From Caedibacter taeniospiralis (GTDB lineage: Bacteria; Pseudomonadota; Gammaproteobacteria; Francisellales; Francisellaceae), in contig NZ_PGGB02000012.1 in the NCBI RefSeq assembly GCF_002803295.2, positions 6,364 to 38,363 on the forward strand: 32,000 nt of DNA, in the 5' to 3' direction. The notes beneath the pieces were generated by a model that ran no database searches, was not told the origin of the DNA, and saw only the letters and a program-made list of their open reading frames with translations. The position numbers were made by a program, and so were the translations under genes. Each line of letters begins with the position of its first letter. The first letter of the stretch is position 1. Below, one piece after another: positions 1 to 8,234 of the stretch.

Positions 1-792
1 GAAAGCCCCCCCTCCATGGTGTGCCGCTCCACCATAGGTGTCCACAATAATCTTGCGTCCAGTTAATCCGCAATCACCCACAGGACCGCCGATGACAAAT
101 TTACCTGTGGGGTTAACAAAATAGCGAGTTTTAGCTGTGATCCATTCTCTTGGCAAAACAGGTAAGATGATTTCTTCAATGACTGCTTCTTTAATCACAT
201 GATATGGAATTTCAGGTGCATGTTGTGTTGAGATAACTACTGTATCTACGCCAATCGGTTTGCCATTGACATAGCGCAGTGTCACCTGACTTTTGGCATC
301 TGGTCTAAGCCAGGAAAGCGTTTTGTTTTTGCGTAAAAATGCCTGACGCTGCATGAGTTTATGCGAATAATAGATGGCTGCAGGCATTAGCGTAGGTGTT
401 TCATTGGTGGCAAAACCAAACATTAATCCCTGGTCCCCCGCTCCTTGATCAAGAGGGTTTGCGCGATCAACGCCTTGAGCGATTTCAGAGGATTGTTTGC
501 CGATAGCATTAATAACCGCACAGCAATTACCATCAAAACCCAGGTCATCTTTATCGTAACCGATACCAATCACGACGTTGCGCACGATTTCTTCAATATC
601 AACCCATGCTGAAGTGGTGATTTCACCTGCTACCAGTGCCATTCCTGTTTTAACCAAGGTTTCGCAGGCCACACGTGCGTGTTTGTCCTGTATGAGAATG
701 GCATCCAGGATGGCATCAGAAATCTGATCGGCGATTTTATCAGGATGACCTTCAGAAACAGATTCAGAGGTAAATAGAAAATCATTTGCCAT
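1..792 (-). CDS. metK: S-adenosylmethionine synthetase (MetK), N-terminal about 264 codons; the 3' end runs off the left window edge
   Basis: Absent from the ORF track because there is no stop in the window. My minus-strand translation from the ATG at 792-790 gives [33 protein letters not shown]...[31 protein letters not shown]. At the window edge it gives [20 protein letters not shown]. Both are hallmark MetK motifs. Confidence 0.93.
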   Translation of the reverse strand, partial: MANDFLFTSESVSEGHPDKIADQISDAILDAILIQDKHARVACETLVKTGMALVAGEITTSAWVDIEEIVRNVVIGIGYDKDDLGFDGNCCAVINAIGKQSSEIAQGVDRANPLDQGAGDQGLMFGFATNETPTLMPAAIYYSHKLMQRQAFLRKNKTLSWLRPDAKSQVTLRYVNGKPIGVDTVVISTQHAPEIPYHVIKEAVIEEIILPVLPREWITAKTRYFVNPTGKFVIGGPVGDCGLTGRKIIVDTYGGAAHHGGGAF

Positions 793-978
793 GGTGTATT
801 ATCCTTTTGTGTTTGTTGCAAGCTAAAAGGATTCTATAGAGTGAAGAGGGAAATTATAGAAACGCTTTAGCGGTGTTATTTTTTGTCGCCCGCAAGTTGT
901 GGTTAAATCAGCGACAGTGTTAATTCCATCAGCGATGCTAGCCTCATTATGACTGAGTGTCAAAGCGTTTAATAAAAA

Positions 979-1317
979 TTATTTGGCTTGATTGATGATT
1001 TCCTGTAATTCACCATTTTCATGCAACTCAAGAATAATATCGCAACCTCCGATAAGCTCACCATTGACATAAAGTTGCGGAAAGGTCGGCCAATTGGCAT
1101 ATTTTGGTAAGGTTGCACGAATCTCAGGATTCTCCAGAATATTGACAAAAGCAAATGGTTTTCCACAGGCTTGAATTGCTGCAACAGCATGAGCTGAAAA
1201 ACCGCATTGAGGCATTTTAGGAGTTCCCTTCATATACAGTAAAATACCATTGTTAGCAATTTGTGATTGTATCGTTTCGATTACTTTTGCTTCATCAAAG
1301 TTATGGTTTATATTCAT
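979..1317 (-). CDS. grxD: Grx4-family monothiol glutaredoxin
   Basis: ORF 979..1470 contains MNINHNFDEAKVIETIQSQIANNGILLYMKGTPKMPQCGFSAHAV...WPTFPQLYVNGELIGGCDI, with the CGFS active site. The first 51 residues of the track ORF look non-coding, so I place the start at the internal ATG (1317-1315), giving 112 aa. Confidence 0.9.
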   Translation of the reverse strand: MNINHNFDEAKVIETIQSQIANNGILLYMKGTPKMPQCGFSAHAVAAIQACGKPFAFVNILENPEIRATLPKYANWPTFPQLYVNGELIGGCDIILELHENGELQEIINQAK

Positions 1318-1342
1318 TTTGATTTCCTTTGGTTGCCTAAAC

Positions 1343-1371
1343 TTGAAAAGGTACGAGATTAGTATTATATT
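1343..1371 (+). promoter_or_regulatory. Candidate sigma70 promoter for sodB (TTGAAA-N17-TATATT)
   Basis: TTGAAA at 1343-1348, a 17-nt spacer, and TATATT at 1366-1371, about 55 nt upstream of the sodB ATG in the divergent grxD/sodB intergenic region. Sequence pattern only. Confidence 0.45.
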
Positions 1372-1424
1372 GCGCGCAGTATATATCAGATTCCAAATTT
1401 CGGTCAATAAACAAGGAGCAAGAA

Positions 1425-2018
1425 ATGTTTGAATTACCACAGTTACCATATCCAAAAAATGCGTTAGCACCCATTATTTCTGAAGAAACCATAGAGTATC
1501 ACTATGGCAAACATCATCAAGCATACGTCACGAATTTAAATAATTTGTTAAAAGCAGATGAGCATAAAACGTTTGCAGGAAAATCTTTAGAAGAAATTAT
1601 TTTAACTTCCAAAGCGGGTGTATTTAATAATGCAGCACAAATCTGGAATCATACCTTTTACTGGAATTGTTTAACCCCAAATGCCAAGGCAAAGCCAGAG
1701 CCAGAGGGTAAACTATTGCAGGCGATTGAGAAAAAGTTTGGTAGCTTTGAAGCCTTTAGAGAGGACTTCAATAAAACAGCCGTCACAACTTTTGGTTCTG
1801 GCTGGGCGTGGCTCGTTAAAGCCAAATCAGGTGAGCTTGAACTTGTGAGTACGAGTAACGCGGGATGTCCATTGACAGAGGGGCATATCCCACTACTAAC
1901 CTGTGATGTGTGGGAGCATGCGTATTATATTGATTACCGCAATGCGCGTCCAAAATATGTAGAAGAATTCTGGCATATCATTAATTGGGATTTTGTTGCA
2001 AAACAGTTTGCAAAATAA
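1425..2018 (+). CDS. sodB: Fe/Mn-family superoxide dismutase (Fe-SOD type)
   Basis: [39 protein letters not shown]...[14 protein letters not shown]...GSGWAWLV...[19 protein letters not shown]. An AAGGAG RBS lies upstream of the ATG. Confidence 0.95.
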   Translation: MFELPQLPYPKNALAPIISEETIEYHYGKHHQAYVTNLNNLLKADEHKTFAGKSLEEIILTSKAGVFNNAAQIWNHTFYWNCLTPNAKAKPEPEGKLLQAIEKKFGSFEAFREDFNKTAVTTFGSGWAWLVKAKSGELELVSTSNAGCPLTEGHIPLLTCDVWEHAYYIDYRNARPKYVEEFWHIINWDFVAKQFAK

Positions 2019-2145
2019 ACCCTCACCCAAAATCTCCGTTTGTCGAGGAGTCTATATTTCACTTTTATTTCCTAAGATTACGTGTATGTGGTTGATTGTT
2101 TCTATTTTAATCAAAATATCTTTAAATATTCCTGTACCTTTCATT

Positions 2146-2173
2146 AAATTCAGGTAGAATACCGCCTGAATTT
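2146..2173 (+). promoter_or_regulatory. Perfect 9-bp stem-loop in the deaD 5' leader (aaattcagg-N10-cctgaattt)
   Basis: Inverted repeat 2146-2154 / 2165-2173, with TAGAAT in the loop, about 90 nt upstream of the deaD ATG. Its function as a leader structure or operator is not established. Confidence 0.3.
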
Positions 2174-2264
2174 ATCAACAACATACTCGTCACGTATCGT
2201 TTGTAGTCGTTTAAAACGCAGAAGGGCAGTGATTGGTATCATAACTTTTGGGTTTTAAATCATT

Positions 2265-3998
2265 ATGAATACTGAAATACAAGGCTTAAGCTTTCAAGAC
2301 TTAGGCTTAAATGAAAAATTATTGTCTGCCATTGAATCAATGGGTTACCAGACGCCGACGCCAATTCAGGCAAACACCATTCCGTTTGTACTCCAGGGTC
2401 GCGATGTTTTAGGGCAGGCGCAAACAGGAACGGGTAAAACGGCTGCTTTTGCGTTACCTCTATTGAATAATATGGATTTGACCATCCAGGAACGTATGCC
2501 GCAAGTTTTGGTGCTAACACCAACACGCGAGCTTGCGATTCAAGTGGCTGAGGCTTTTGAAACATTCTCTAAGAATATCGCTAAGCTTGAGGTCGCTTCG
2601 ATTTACGGTGGTCAGGAATACGGGCGCCAAATCCAGGCACTTCGCCGTGGTGTACACGTCATTGTCGGTACCGCAGGACGCGTGATGGATCATATGCGTA
2701 AAGGCACATTAAAACTAGACACCTTAAAAGCGCTGGTGCTTGATGAAGCAGATGAAATGCTGCGCATGGGCTTTATCGATGATGTTAAATGGGTTTTATC
2801 ACATACGCCAGAATCCTGCCAGCGTTTACTGTTTTCAGCAACCATGCCGCGCGATGTGCTGGACATCGTGCATGAATATTTGCGTGAACCTTGTAAAGTG
2901 CAGATCAAAACAAAAACAGCTACAGCAAAAACGATTCATCAGCGTTTCTTAGTGATCAAAGGCTTATCTAAATTAGACGCACTTGATCGCATTTTAGAGA
3001 TTGAAGATACCGATGGCGTGATGGTTTTTGTCAAAACGAAAACTTCCACTATTGAGGTTGCTGATGGTTTGAAAGCACGTGGTCATTTGGCAGTAGCCAT
3101 TAATGGTGATATGCAGCAAAACCAGCGTGAATATATTATTGATCAGCTCAAGTCATCGAAGATCAATGTTTTAGTCGCCACTGATGTTGTGGCACGTGGC
3201 TTGGATGTTGAACGCATTAGCCATGTCATTAACTACGATTTGCCACAAGACAATGAAGCCTACGTACACCGTATTGGACGGACGGGGCGCGCGGGACGCG
3301 AAGGTGATGCCATTTCTTTAATCTATACAAGAGACTTACGTCAGTTACGCACACTTGAGCGGATGATTCGTGACACGATGGAAGAAATGCAGCTCCCAGG
3401 TGCAAAAGAAATTACTGACAAACGCATTGTGCGCTTTAAGCATGAAGTAGCTGAGATCATTCGCCACAAAGATTTAACGAAGTTCAGAGCACTAATGCAG
3501 GAGTTTGCAACTGAATATGGCTCTGAAGCTGAAGATATGGTGGCAGCCTTAGCATTTTTGGCACAAGGAGATAGACAGCTTTTTGTTAAAGAAATTCAGG
3601 TACAGGAAACAGGAAGAACTGAGCGTGGATATGGCGATCGTGATGGTCGTCGCAATGAGGGGCACGGTAATCATAGAGATGATCGCAGCGCTCGAGGAGG
3701 TAGTCGCGAAAGAGGTTCGCGCGATGCTCGTGAAAGAAACCCACGTCATTCATCGGATTTGGAGATGACGACCTATCGCATTGAAGTGGGGCGTAATGAT
3801 GGGGTGGAGCCACGTAATATTGTTGGCGCAATTGCCAATGAAGCGGGGATCAATAGTCGCAACATCGGGCATATTAAATTATTTGACCAGTTTAGTACGG
3901 TGGATTTGCCAAGTAATACGCCTAAAAACGTCATAGAGCACCTAAAGAAAGTCTGGGTAGCGGGCAAAAAGCTTGAAATCAAAGAAGACAGAAGATAA
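2265..3998 (+). CDS. deaD: DEAD-box ATP-dependent RNA helicase DeaD/CsdA with a C-terminal RNA-binding (DbpA-like) domain and an Arg/Gly/Asp-rich linker
   Basis: Q-motif region GYQTPTPIQ, AQTGTGKT (motif I), DEADEML (motif II), SAT (motif III), HRIGRTGRAG (motif VI), and the C-terminal MTTYRIEVGRNDGVEPRNIVGAIANEAGI. Confidence 0.95.
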   Translation: MNTEIQGLSFQDLGLNEKLLSAIESMGYQTPTPIQANTIPFVLQGRDVLGQAQTGTGKTAAFALPLLNNMDLTIQERMPQVLVLTPTRELAIQVAEAFETFSKNIAKLEVASIYGGQEYGRQIQALRRGVHVIVGTAGRVMDHMRKGTLKLDTLKALVLDEADEMLRMGFIDDVKWVLSHTPESCQRLLFSATMPRDVLDIVHEYLREPCKVQIKTKTATAKTIHQRFLVIKGLSKLDALDRILEIEDTDGVMVFVKTKTSTIEVADGLKARGHLAVAINGDMQQNQREYIIDQLKSSKINVLVATDVVARGLDVERISHVINYDLPQDNEAYVHRIGRTGRAGREGDAISLIYTRDLRQLRTLERMIRDTMEEMQLPGAKEITDKRIVRFKHEVAEIIRHKDLTKFRALMQEFATEYGSEAEDMVAALAFLAQGDRQLFVKEIQVQETGRTERGYGDRDGRRNEGHGNHRDDRSARGGSRERGSRDARERNPRHSSDLEMTTYRIEVGRNDGVEPRNIVGAIANEAGINSRNIGHIKLFDQFSTVDLPSNTPKNVIEHLKKVWVAGKKLEIKEDRR

Positions 3999-4083
3999 TG
4001 CAGCTTTTTGCTGTGGATGATGAAAAAATCAGCCGAGGTTCAATGCCAGAAACTCCTGCTTTGACAGAATTTCACAGCCAATT

Positions 4084-4371
4084 TTAATGTGTGACTATGG
4101 GGATAAACTTTAAAGCAATTGGAACTAAAATAGCGAGAACGACAGTACTCATAAGCCATTTAAAATTGCTATCAATACGGTTGTCTAACTTGTCAATACG
4201 GTTGTCTAACTTGTGAATGCGACTATCAAGTCGGTCAATATCCTTTCTTAGGCTATCAATGCTCAGATTTACTTCATTTCTTAAGGTTGAAATATCTTCT
4301 CTTGTTGCAGCGTGCATTAAGATGTCAACTAACTTATCTTGTGTAATTGTTACTCTCATCTCGTCACTCAT
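4084..4371 (-). CDS. Hypothetical tail-anchored coiled-coil protein (DUF1640/XhlA-like architecture)
   Basis: 95 aa. Heptad-like repeats DIDRLDSRIHKLDNRIDKLDNRID are followed by one C-terminal hydrophobic helix, WLMSTVVLAILVPIALKFIPIV. I recognise no enzymatic motif. Confidence 0.5.
   Translation of the reverse strand: MSDEMRVTITQDKLVDILMHAATREDISTLRNEVNLSIDSLRKDIDRLDSRIHKLDNRIDKLDNRIDSNFKWLMSTVVLAILVPIALKFIPIVTH
4173..4214. repeat. Perfect 21-bp tandem duplication (caatacggttgtctaacttgt x2) inside the coiled-coil gene
   Basis: Unit 1 is 4173-4193 and unit 2 is 4194-4214, with degenerate further copies downstream. Each unit encodes one heptad, (K)LDNRID(K). Confidence 0.8.
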
Positions 4372-4644
4372 TTTGCTGCTCCCGTGAATTTATCTGGACG
4401 CTATCATAGCACTAAAGTAGTTTAAACAAAATGAGCAAATTAGCCAATTTTGGCGTATGGCTTGTCCCTTTTTGGTAGACTCAAGATCATATTTAAATGT
4501 AATTTTTTTTCTCGCTTAAAGTAAAAGAAATTTTATCAATGTGTTGCAGGTGCAAAATCAGTAAAGCTATGTTATGTTACCTCGCATGCAAGTCTTGAGG
4601 ACATTATACAAAAGTAGATGCTTTTATTACAAAGGAGAGTGAGC

Positions 4645-5469
4645 ATGAAGGCAATCAGCAAGTATGTTTCTAAGAAGCCCGATTATCGGGGACTGGTGAG
4701 CTACAATGAGATTGAAAACAACACCTGGCAAACACTTATTCAGCAGCAGCTGGAGATTGTTAAAACCAGGGCATGTGATGAATATTTGTCAGGGCTTCAG
4801 CTGTTGAATTTCCCCTTAAATCGTATTCCGCAAATACCCGATGTTAATCAGTGCTTGCAAAAAACGACAGGATGGTCAGTTGAGCCTGTGTCGACACTGA
4901 TTGGTTTTGATCGCTTTTTTAAATTATTATCTGAACGCAAGTTCCCGTGTGCGACATTTATTCGCACACCTGACGAGCTTAAATATTTACAGGGGCGAGA
5001 TATATTTAATGAGCTATTTGGGCATTGCCCGATGTTGACGCATTCTGTATATGCCGACTTTATGCAGCGTTATGGTGAGTTAGGGGTTGGTCAGCCTCAT
5101 GATATCCAAAGGCTTCTTGCACGTTTTTACTGGTTTACGGTTGAATTTGGTTTGATTAATACGCCCCAAGGTTTGCGTTGCTATGGTGGTGGGGTTCTCT
5201 CATCAATAGGGGAAACGGTTTATGCGCTAGAGGATCCTTGCGTACGTTATGAACGCTTTGATGCGCTAAATATTCTAAGGACACCGTATCTCATCGATAT
5301 CTATCAACCCGTGTATTATGTCATTCGTTCATATGAGAGTATTTACAACGTGCTTAAAGATGACTTTATTGAGTTAATTAAAAAATCCCAAACACTACCA
5401 GAATTTAAGGCGCTTTATCTGCAAAAGGAAAGACTAGCTGCAGATTTGGAGCTTGAGGCAGTGAAATAA
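4645..5469 (+). CDS. phhA: Phenylalanine-4-hydroxylase family (aromatic amino acid hydroxylase), with an atypical metal-ligand position
   Basis: NNTWQTL..., FIRTPDELKYLQGRDIFNELFGHCPML and RFYWFTVEFGLINTPQGLRCYGGGVLSSIGE. The start is set at the ATG at 4645 (MKAISKY), preceded by AAAGGAG. The track ORF starts 27 nt earlier. Confidence 0.85.
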   Translation: MKAISKYVSKKPDYRGLVSYNEIENNTWQTLIQQQLEIVKTRACDEYLSGLQLLNFPLNRIPQIPDVNQCLQKTTGWSVEPVSTLIGFDRFFKLLSERKFPCATFIRTPDELKYLQGRDIFNELFGHCPMLTHSVYADFMQRYGELGVGQPHDIQRLLARFYWFTVEFGLINTPQGLRCYGGGVLSSIGETVYALEDPCVRYERFDALNILRTPYLIDIYQPVYYVIRSYESIYNVLKDDFIELIKKSQTLPEFKALYLQKERLAADLELEAVK

Positions 5470-5496
5470 ACATATTGGCTAGTTTAAGGAAGATAG

Positions 5497-5832
5497 ATGG
5501 AAAATCGGCTAGATAAAAAATGCCAGGCTTGTGAATATGGTGATGTTGCGCCATTTAGCATTAAAGAGGCAAAACAATATCTTCAAAAAATATCACTTTG
5601 GCAGTTAAGTGCTTGTGGTAAAAAAATTTCACGTACATTTGATTTCAAAGGTTTTTATAAAACGATGGCATTTGTCAACGCCGTGGCATGGGTTGCTAAT
5701 AGCGAAGGACATCATCCTGATATGGAGATCAGTTTTAACCGCTGTATTGTGCATTTTACAACACATGCCGTTGGTGGTTTAACGGAGAATGATTTTATTT
5801 GTGCCGCAAAGGTCGATGCGTTGTTAAGTTAA
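5497..5832 (+). CDS. phhB: Pterin-4-alpha-carbinolamine dehydratase
   Basis: FKGFYKTMAFVNAVAWVANSEGHHPDMEISFNRCIVHFTTHAVGGLTENDF. It sits directly downstream of phhA, with an AAGGAAG RBS. Confidence 0.9.
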   Translation: MENRLDKKCQACEYGDVAPFSIKEAKQYLQKISLWQLSACGKKISRTFDFKGFYKTMAFVNAVAWVANSEGHHPDMEISFNRCIVHFTTHAVGGLTENDFICAAKVDALLS

Positions 5833-6076
5833 AATCCACTACTATTAGTGTAGTGCGATTGAATTTGAGGATAAGGCAGTTGCCATGCGATTCAAGGAAT
5901 TGGTGCACGTTTTGTAGAGCGTTTTGAAGGAGACCTTAAATAAAGGTTGTCGGTTTACCCGTTGAGGTAGTGAAACAAGTGTTTGTGGACCTGGAAATTC
6001 CCATCACAAAATCATAGATTATTGATGGCAAGATCCGTACACTGTGCTCATCTAAAAAATTCTAATATTTAAAGAT

Positions 6077-6814
6077 ATGGCAATTGAGCGATTTGAGGTG
6101 CAGTTGGTTGAAACTAAACAAATTGCCCCAAATGTAAAACATCTTGTATTTAAAAAAGTCGATGGCGGCAAATTTGAGTTTGTGCCTGGTCAGTTTATTA
6201 CTTTTTTATTTGACCACGAGGATGCGAAAGTAAGGAGGCGAAGTTACAGTGTGGCGAGTATTCCTGACCAGACAAATGACATTGAAATTGCTATTTCATA
6301 CGTTGAGGGTGGAATAGCTTCGGAGCATTTATTTAATATGCAGCCAGGGGATAAGTTTAATGCCATGGGACCCGCGGGACGTCTGGTGTTAAAAGAGGAC
6401 GAGAGGATTCGTAAACTTCTTTTGGTTGGAACGGGTACTGGTATTGCCCCATATCGTGCGATGCTACCAACACTAAAAACGCTGTTAAGCGCCAATATAC
6501 GGGAAGTTCATGTCTTATTGGGGGTGCAGTATCAGGTCGATGAAATTTATGCCGAGGACTTTCGTGAGTATGTTAGTAAACTGGAAAATCTGCACTTTAG
6601 TGTATGTTTAAGTCGTGAGAATAGAGCATTAGCAAAGGATGAAATCAAGGGATATGTCCAGCACTGTTTTGGAAATCTTGACCTTGATTCTAAGCAGGAT
6701 GTTGTGTATTTATGTGGCAATCCTAATATGATTGATGACTCCTTTGCCTTGCTAACAGAGCGTGGATTTGATGCAAAACGTGTGCGTCGCGAGAAATATA
6801 TTTCTTCAAATTAA
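6077..6814 (+). CDS. FNR-family FAD/NAD(P)H oxidoreductase (ferredoxin-NADP+ reductase-like)
   Basis: RRSYSVAS (the RxYS FAD-binding motif), GTGTGIAPYRAM (the NAD(P)-binding loop), and YLCGNPNMIDD. About 245 aa, the size of bacterial Fpr. Confidence 0.75.
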   Translation: MAIERFEVQLVETKQIAPNVKHLVFKKVDGGKFEFVPGQFITFLFDHEDAKVRRRSYSVASIPDQTNDIEIAISYVEGGIASEHLFNMQPGDKFNAMGPAGRLVLKEDERIRKLLLVGTGTGIAPYRAMLPTLKTLLSANIREVHVLLGVQYQVDEIYAEDFREYVSKLENLHFSVCLSRENRALAKDEIKGYVQHCFGNLDLDSKQDVVYLCGNPNMIDDSFALLTERGFDAKRVRREKYISSN

Positions 6815-6827
6815 TAACCCTAAATGC

Positions 6828-6856
6828 TTGAGAGACAACGCGCTTTGCGTTATGAT
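6828..6856 (+). promoter_or_regulatory. Candidate sigma70 promoter for rpmE (TTGAGA-N17-TATGAT)
   Basis: TTGAGA at 6828-6833, a 17-nt spacer, and TATGAT at 6851-6856. A small hairpin (cctaag-N5-cttagg) follows in the leader before the AAAGAGG RBS. Confidence 0.5.
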
Positions 6857-6931
6857 GTCGAGCGTTTTACTCTGCGGTGCCTAAGATGGGCTTAGGTGGC
6901 GGCGAGAATTTAGCTAAAGAGGTAAGTAAAC

Positions 6932-7150
6932 ATGAATTTAGAGATTCAACCAAAATATGAAAGTGTTTCAGTAAGCTGCAGTTGTGGTAATAGGTTTGAA
7001 ACGCGTTCAACTAGGTGTAAGGATATTCAGCTGGATGTGTGCTCCATGTGTCATCCGTTTTACACAGGCAAGCAACGTGTGGTTGATACTGCGGGTCGCG
7101 TAGATAGCTTCCAAAAACGCTTTGGTGACCTGAAGTCTCGTAAGTTATAG
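6932..7150 (+). CDS. rpmE: 50S ribosomal protein L31 (bL31), zinc-ribbon (Cys-containing) type
   Basis: [65 protein letters not shown]. Confidence 0.95.
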   Translation: MNLEIQPKYESVSVSCSCGNRFETRSTRCKDIQLDVCSMCHPFYTGKQRVVDTAGRVDSFQKRFGDLKSRKL

Positions 7151-7182
7151 ATTTAATAACACAGAATCTGAATGCTATAATG

Positions 7183-7206
7183 GCGCCGTAAAGGCGCTTT
7201 TTTATT
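7183..7206 (+). terminator. Rho-independent terminator after rpmE
   Basis: GC stem gcgcc-gtaaa-ggcgc followed by ttttttatttttat. Confidence 0.65.
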
Positions 7207-7311
7207 TTTATACTACGCCAAAGAATCAGGCTTGAAGATGAGCTCTCATCGCCTTTAAATCTAGGCATTTCATACTTCGTATTAACTGGTGTTTCGTTAG
7301 GATTTAAAAAA

Positions 7312-7653
7312 TTGATGCGTAGTTCCCGTGAGTTCTCGTCCATAGGCAAAGAATTTTGCGGAAAAAATCTTGGAACGATACATACATTTCAAGGGAAGCA
7401 GTCTGATATTGTCATTTTCTTGCTAGGTGGTAATCCTAATAAATATGGGGCAATAAACTGGGTCTCAGGAACAGTAAATATGATTAACGTTATAGTTAGT
7501 CGTGCAAAGGCAGTTTTAAAAGTTGTCGGGAATAGCAATGTTTGGGGCGCATCAGGATATGTCGCTGATGTAAATATGGCGCTGCTTAGTAGCTCACCAA
7601 AAATGTATTCTCATGATTGGGTTGAAAAACCTAAAGACATAGCAGCGATTTAG
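7312..7653 (+). pseudogene. Remnant of a superfamily-1 helicase (C-terminal motifs V-VI only; AAA_12/UvrD_C_2-like)
   Basis: The 113-aa ORF starts at TTG. GTIHTFQGKQSDIVIF and MINVIVSRAKAVLKVVGNSNVW match the last two SF1 helicase motifs. No Walker A/B-containing N-terminal domain exists in any frame between the rpmE terminator and 7312. Confidence 0.55.
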
Positions 7654-7688
7654 TTTAAAAGGTAGAAAAACAGGAGATATTTAACCAC

Positions 7689-8090
7689 ATGAGTTTTACA
7701 GTGAAGATACCAGTAAGATGGGCAGATACGGATGCTTATCAGCACGTGAATAACAGTGTTTATTTCAGGTATTTTGAAGAAGTTCGCTTCCAGTGGCAAG
7801 AAGGGCAGTTAAGGTTTAAGCAATGGACTAAAGCACATGCTCTGCAATTTGTCATTGCATCGCAAAAGGCAGATTATAAAAAGCCAGTTACTTATCCGAA
7901 TATGCTAAAAATCAAGCAAACACCACTTATGATAAGCAACTCAAGTTTTACCTTGGCTTATGAAATCACGCTAGAGAATGACGACAATGTTTATTGTACT
8001 GGTGAGGTAAAGTTGGTTTGTTTCGATCCAAAGACAAAAAGACCTTATAAAATGCCAGATGACATTAAATCGCTATTAGAAAACGCATAG
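7689..8090 (+). CDS. Acyl-CoA thioesterase, 4HBT/YbgC-like hotdog fold
   Basis: MSFTVKIPVRWADTDAYQHVNNSVYFRYFEEVRFQW is a typical YbgC/4HBT N-terminus with the catalytic Asp. 133 aa. Confidence 0.8.
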   Translation: MSFTVKIPVRWADTDAYQHVNNSVYFRYFEEVRFQWQEGQLRFKQWTKAHALQFVIASQKADYKKPVTYPNMLKIKQTPLMISNSSFTLAYEITLENDDNVYCTGEVKLVCFDPKTKRPYKMPDDIKSLLENA

Positions 8091-8234
8091 GATGAGTTGA
8101 ATATTAGGCTTCTGCGTTTAAAAATCGCAGGACTAGCTGAGCTAATTTGAACATTTTAAGTGTACACTAACGCAGAAATGCCTGAAAAGACGATGCTTTA
8201 ACGAGGTTTGTATGTCGAACTCACATTAGCAACA

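Noticed and set aside
793-978. A possible SAM riboswitch or structured leader upstream of metK on the minus strand. A long-range 9-bp pairing (aaacgcttt ... aaagcgttt) was noticed.
   Set aside because: I could not recognise the conserved cores of the SAM-I, SAM-II or SAM/SAH classes. The pairing could equally be a grxD terminator remnant or chance. This is not supportable by eye.
1318-1470. N-terminal extensions suggested by the ORF track for grxD. The same applies to phhA (4618), folKP (10074), lptM (24815), carB (26543), recG (23456) and the ABC-F gene (29788).
   Set aside because: The extensions lack homology to the respective families, begin at non-ATG codons or run through promoter-like AT-rich DNA. 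Internal starts give canonical N-termini, mostly with an SD sequence.
4173-4214. The tandem repeats at 4173-4214 and 31385-31411, considered as possible CRISPR or other non-coding arrays.
   Set aside because: There are only 2-3 units with no spacers, and both are in frame inside ORFs. They are coding repeats, not arrays.
7011-7349. A 112-aa minus-strand ORF overlapping rpmE and its terminator.
   Set aside because: It is antisense to a highly conserved ribosomal protein gene and spans the terminator. It has no recognisable motifs or RBS, so it is a shadow ORF.
8105-8185. An imperfect long inverted repeat (ttctgcgtt ... aacgcagaa) between the convergent thioesterase and dacB genes, considered as a terminator or small mobile element.
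   Set aside because: The arms are about 50 nt apart with no T-tract or recognisable repeat-family core. It may act as a 3' stem, but the evidence is too weak to call.
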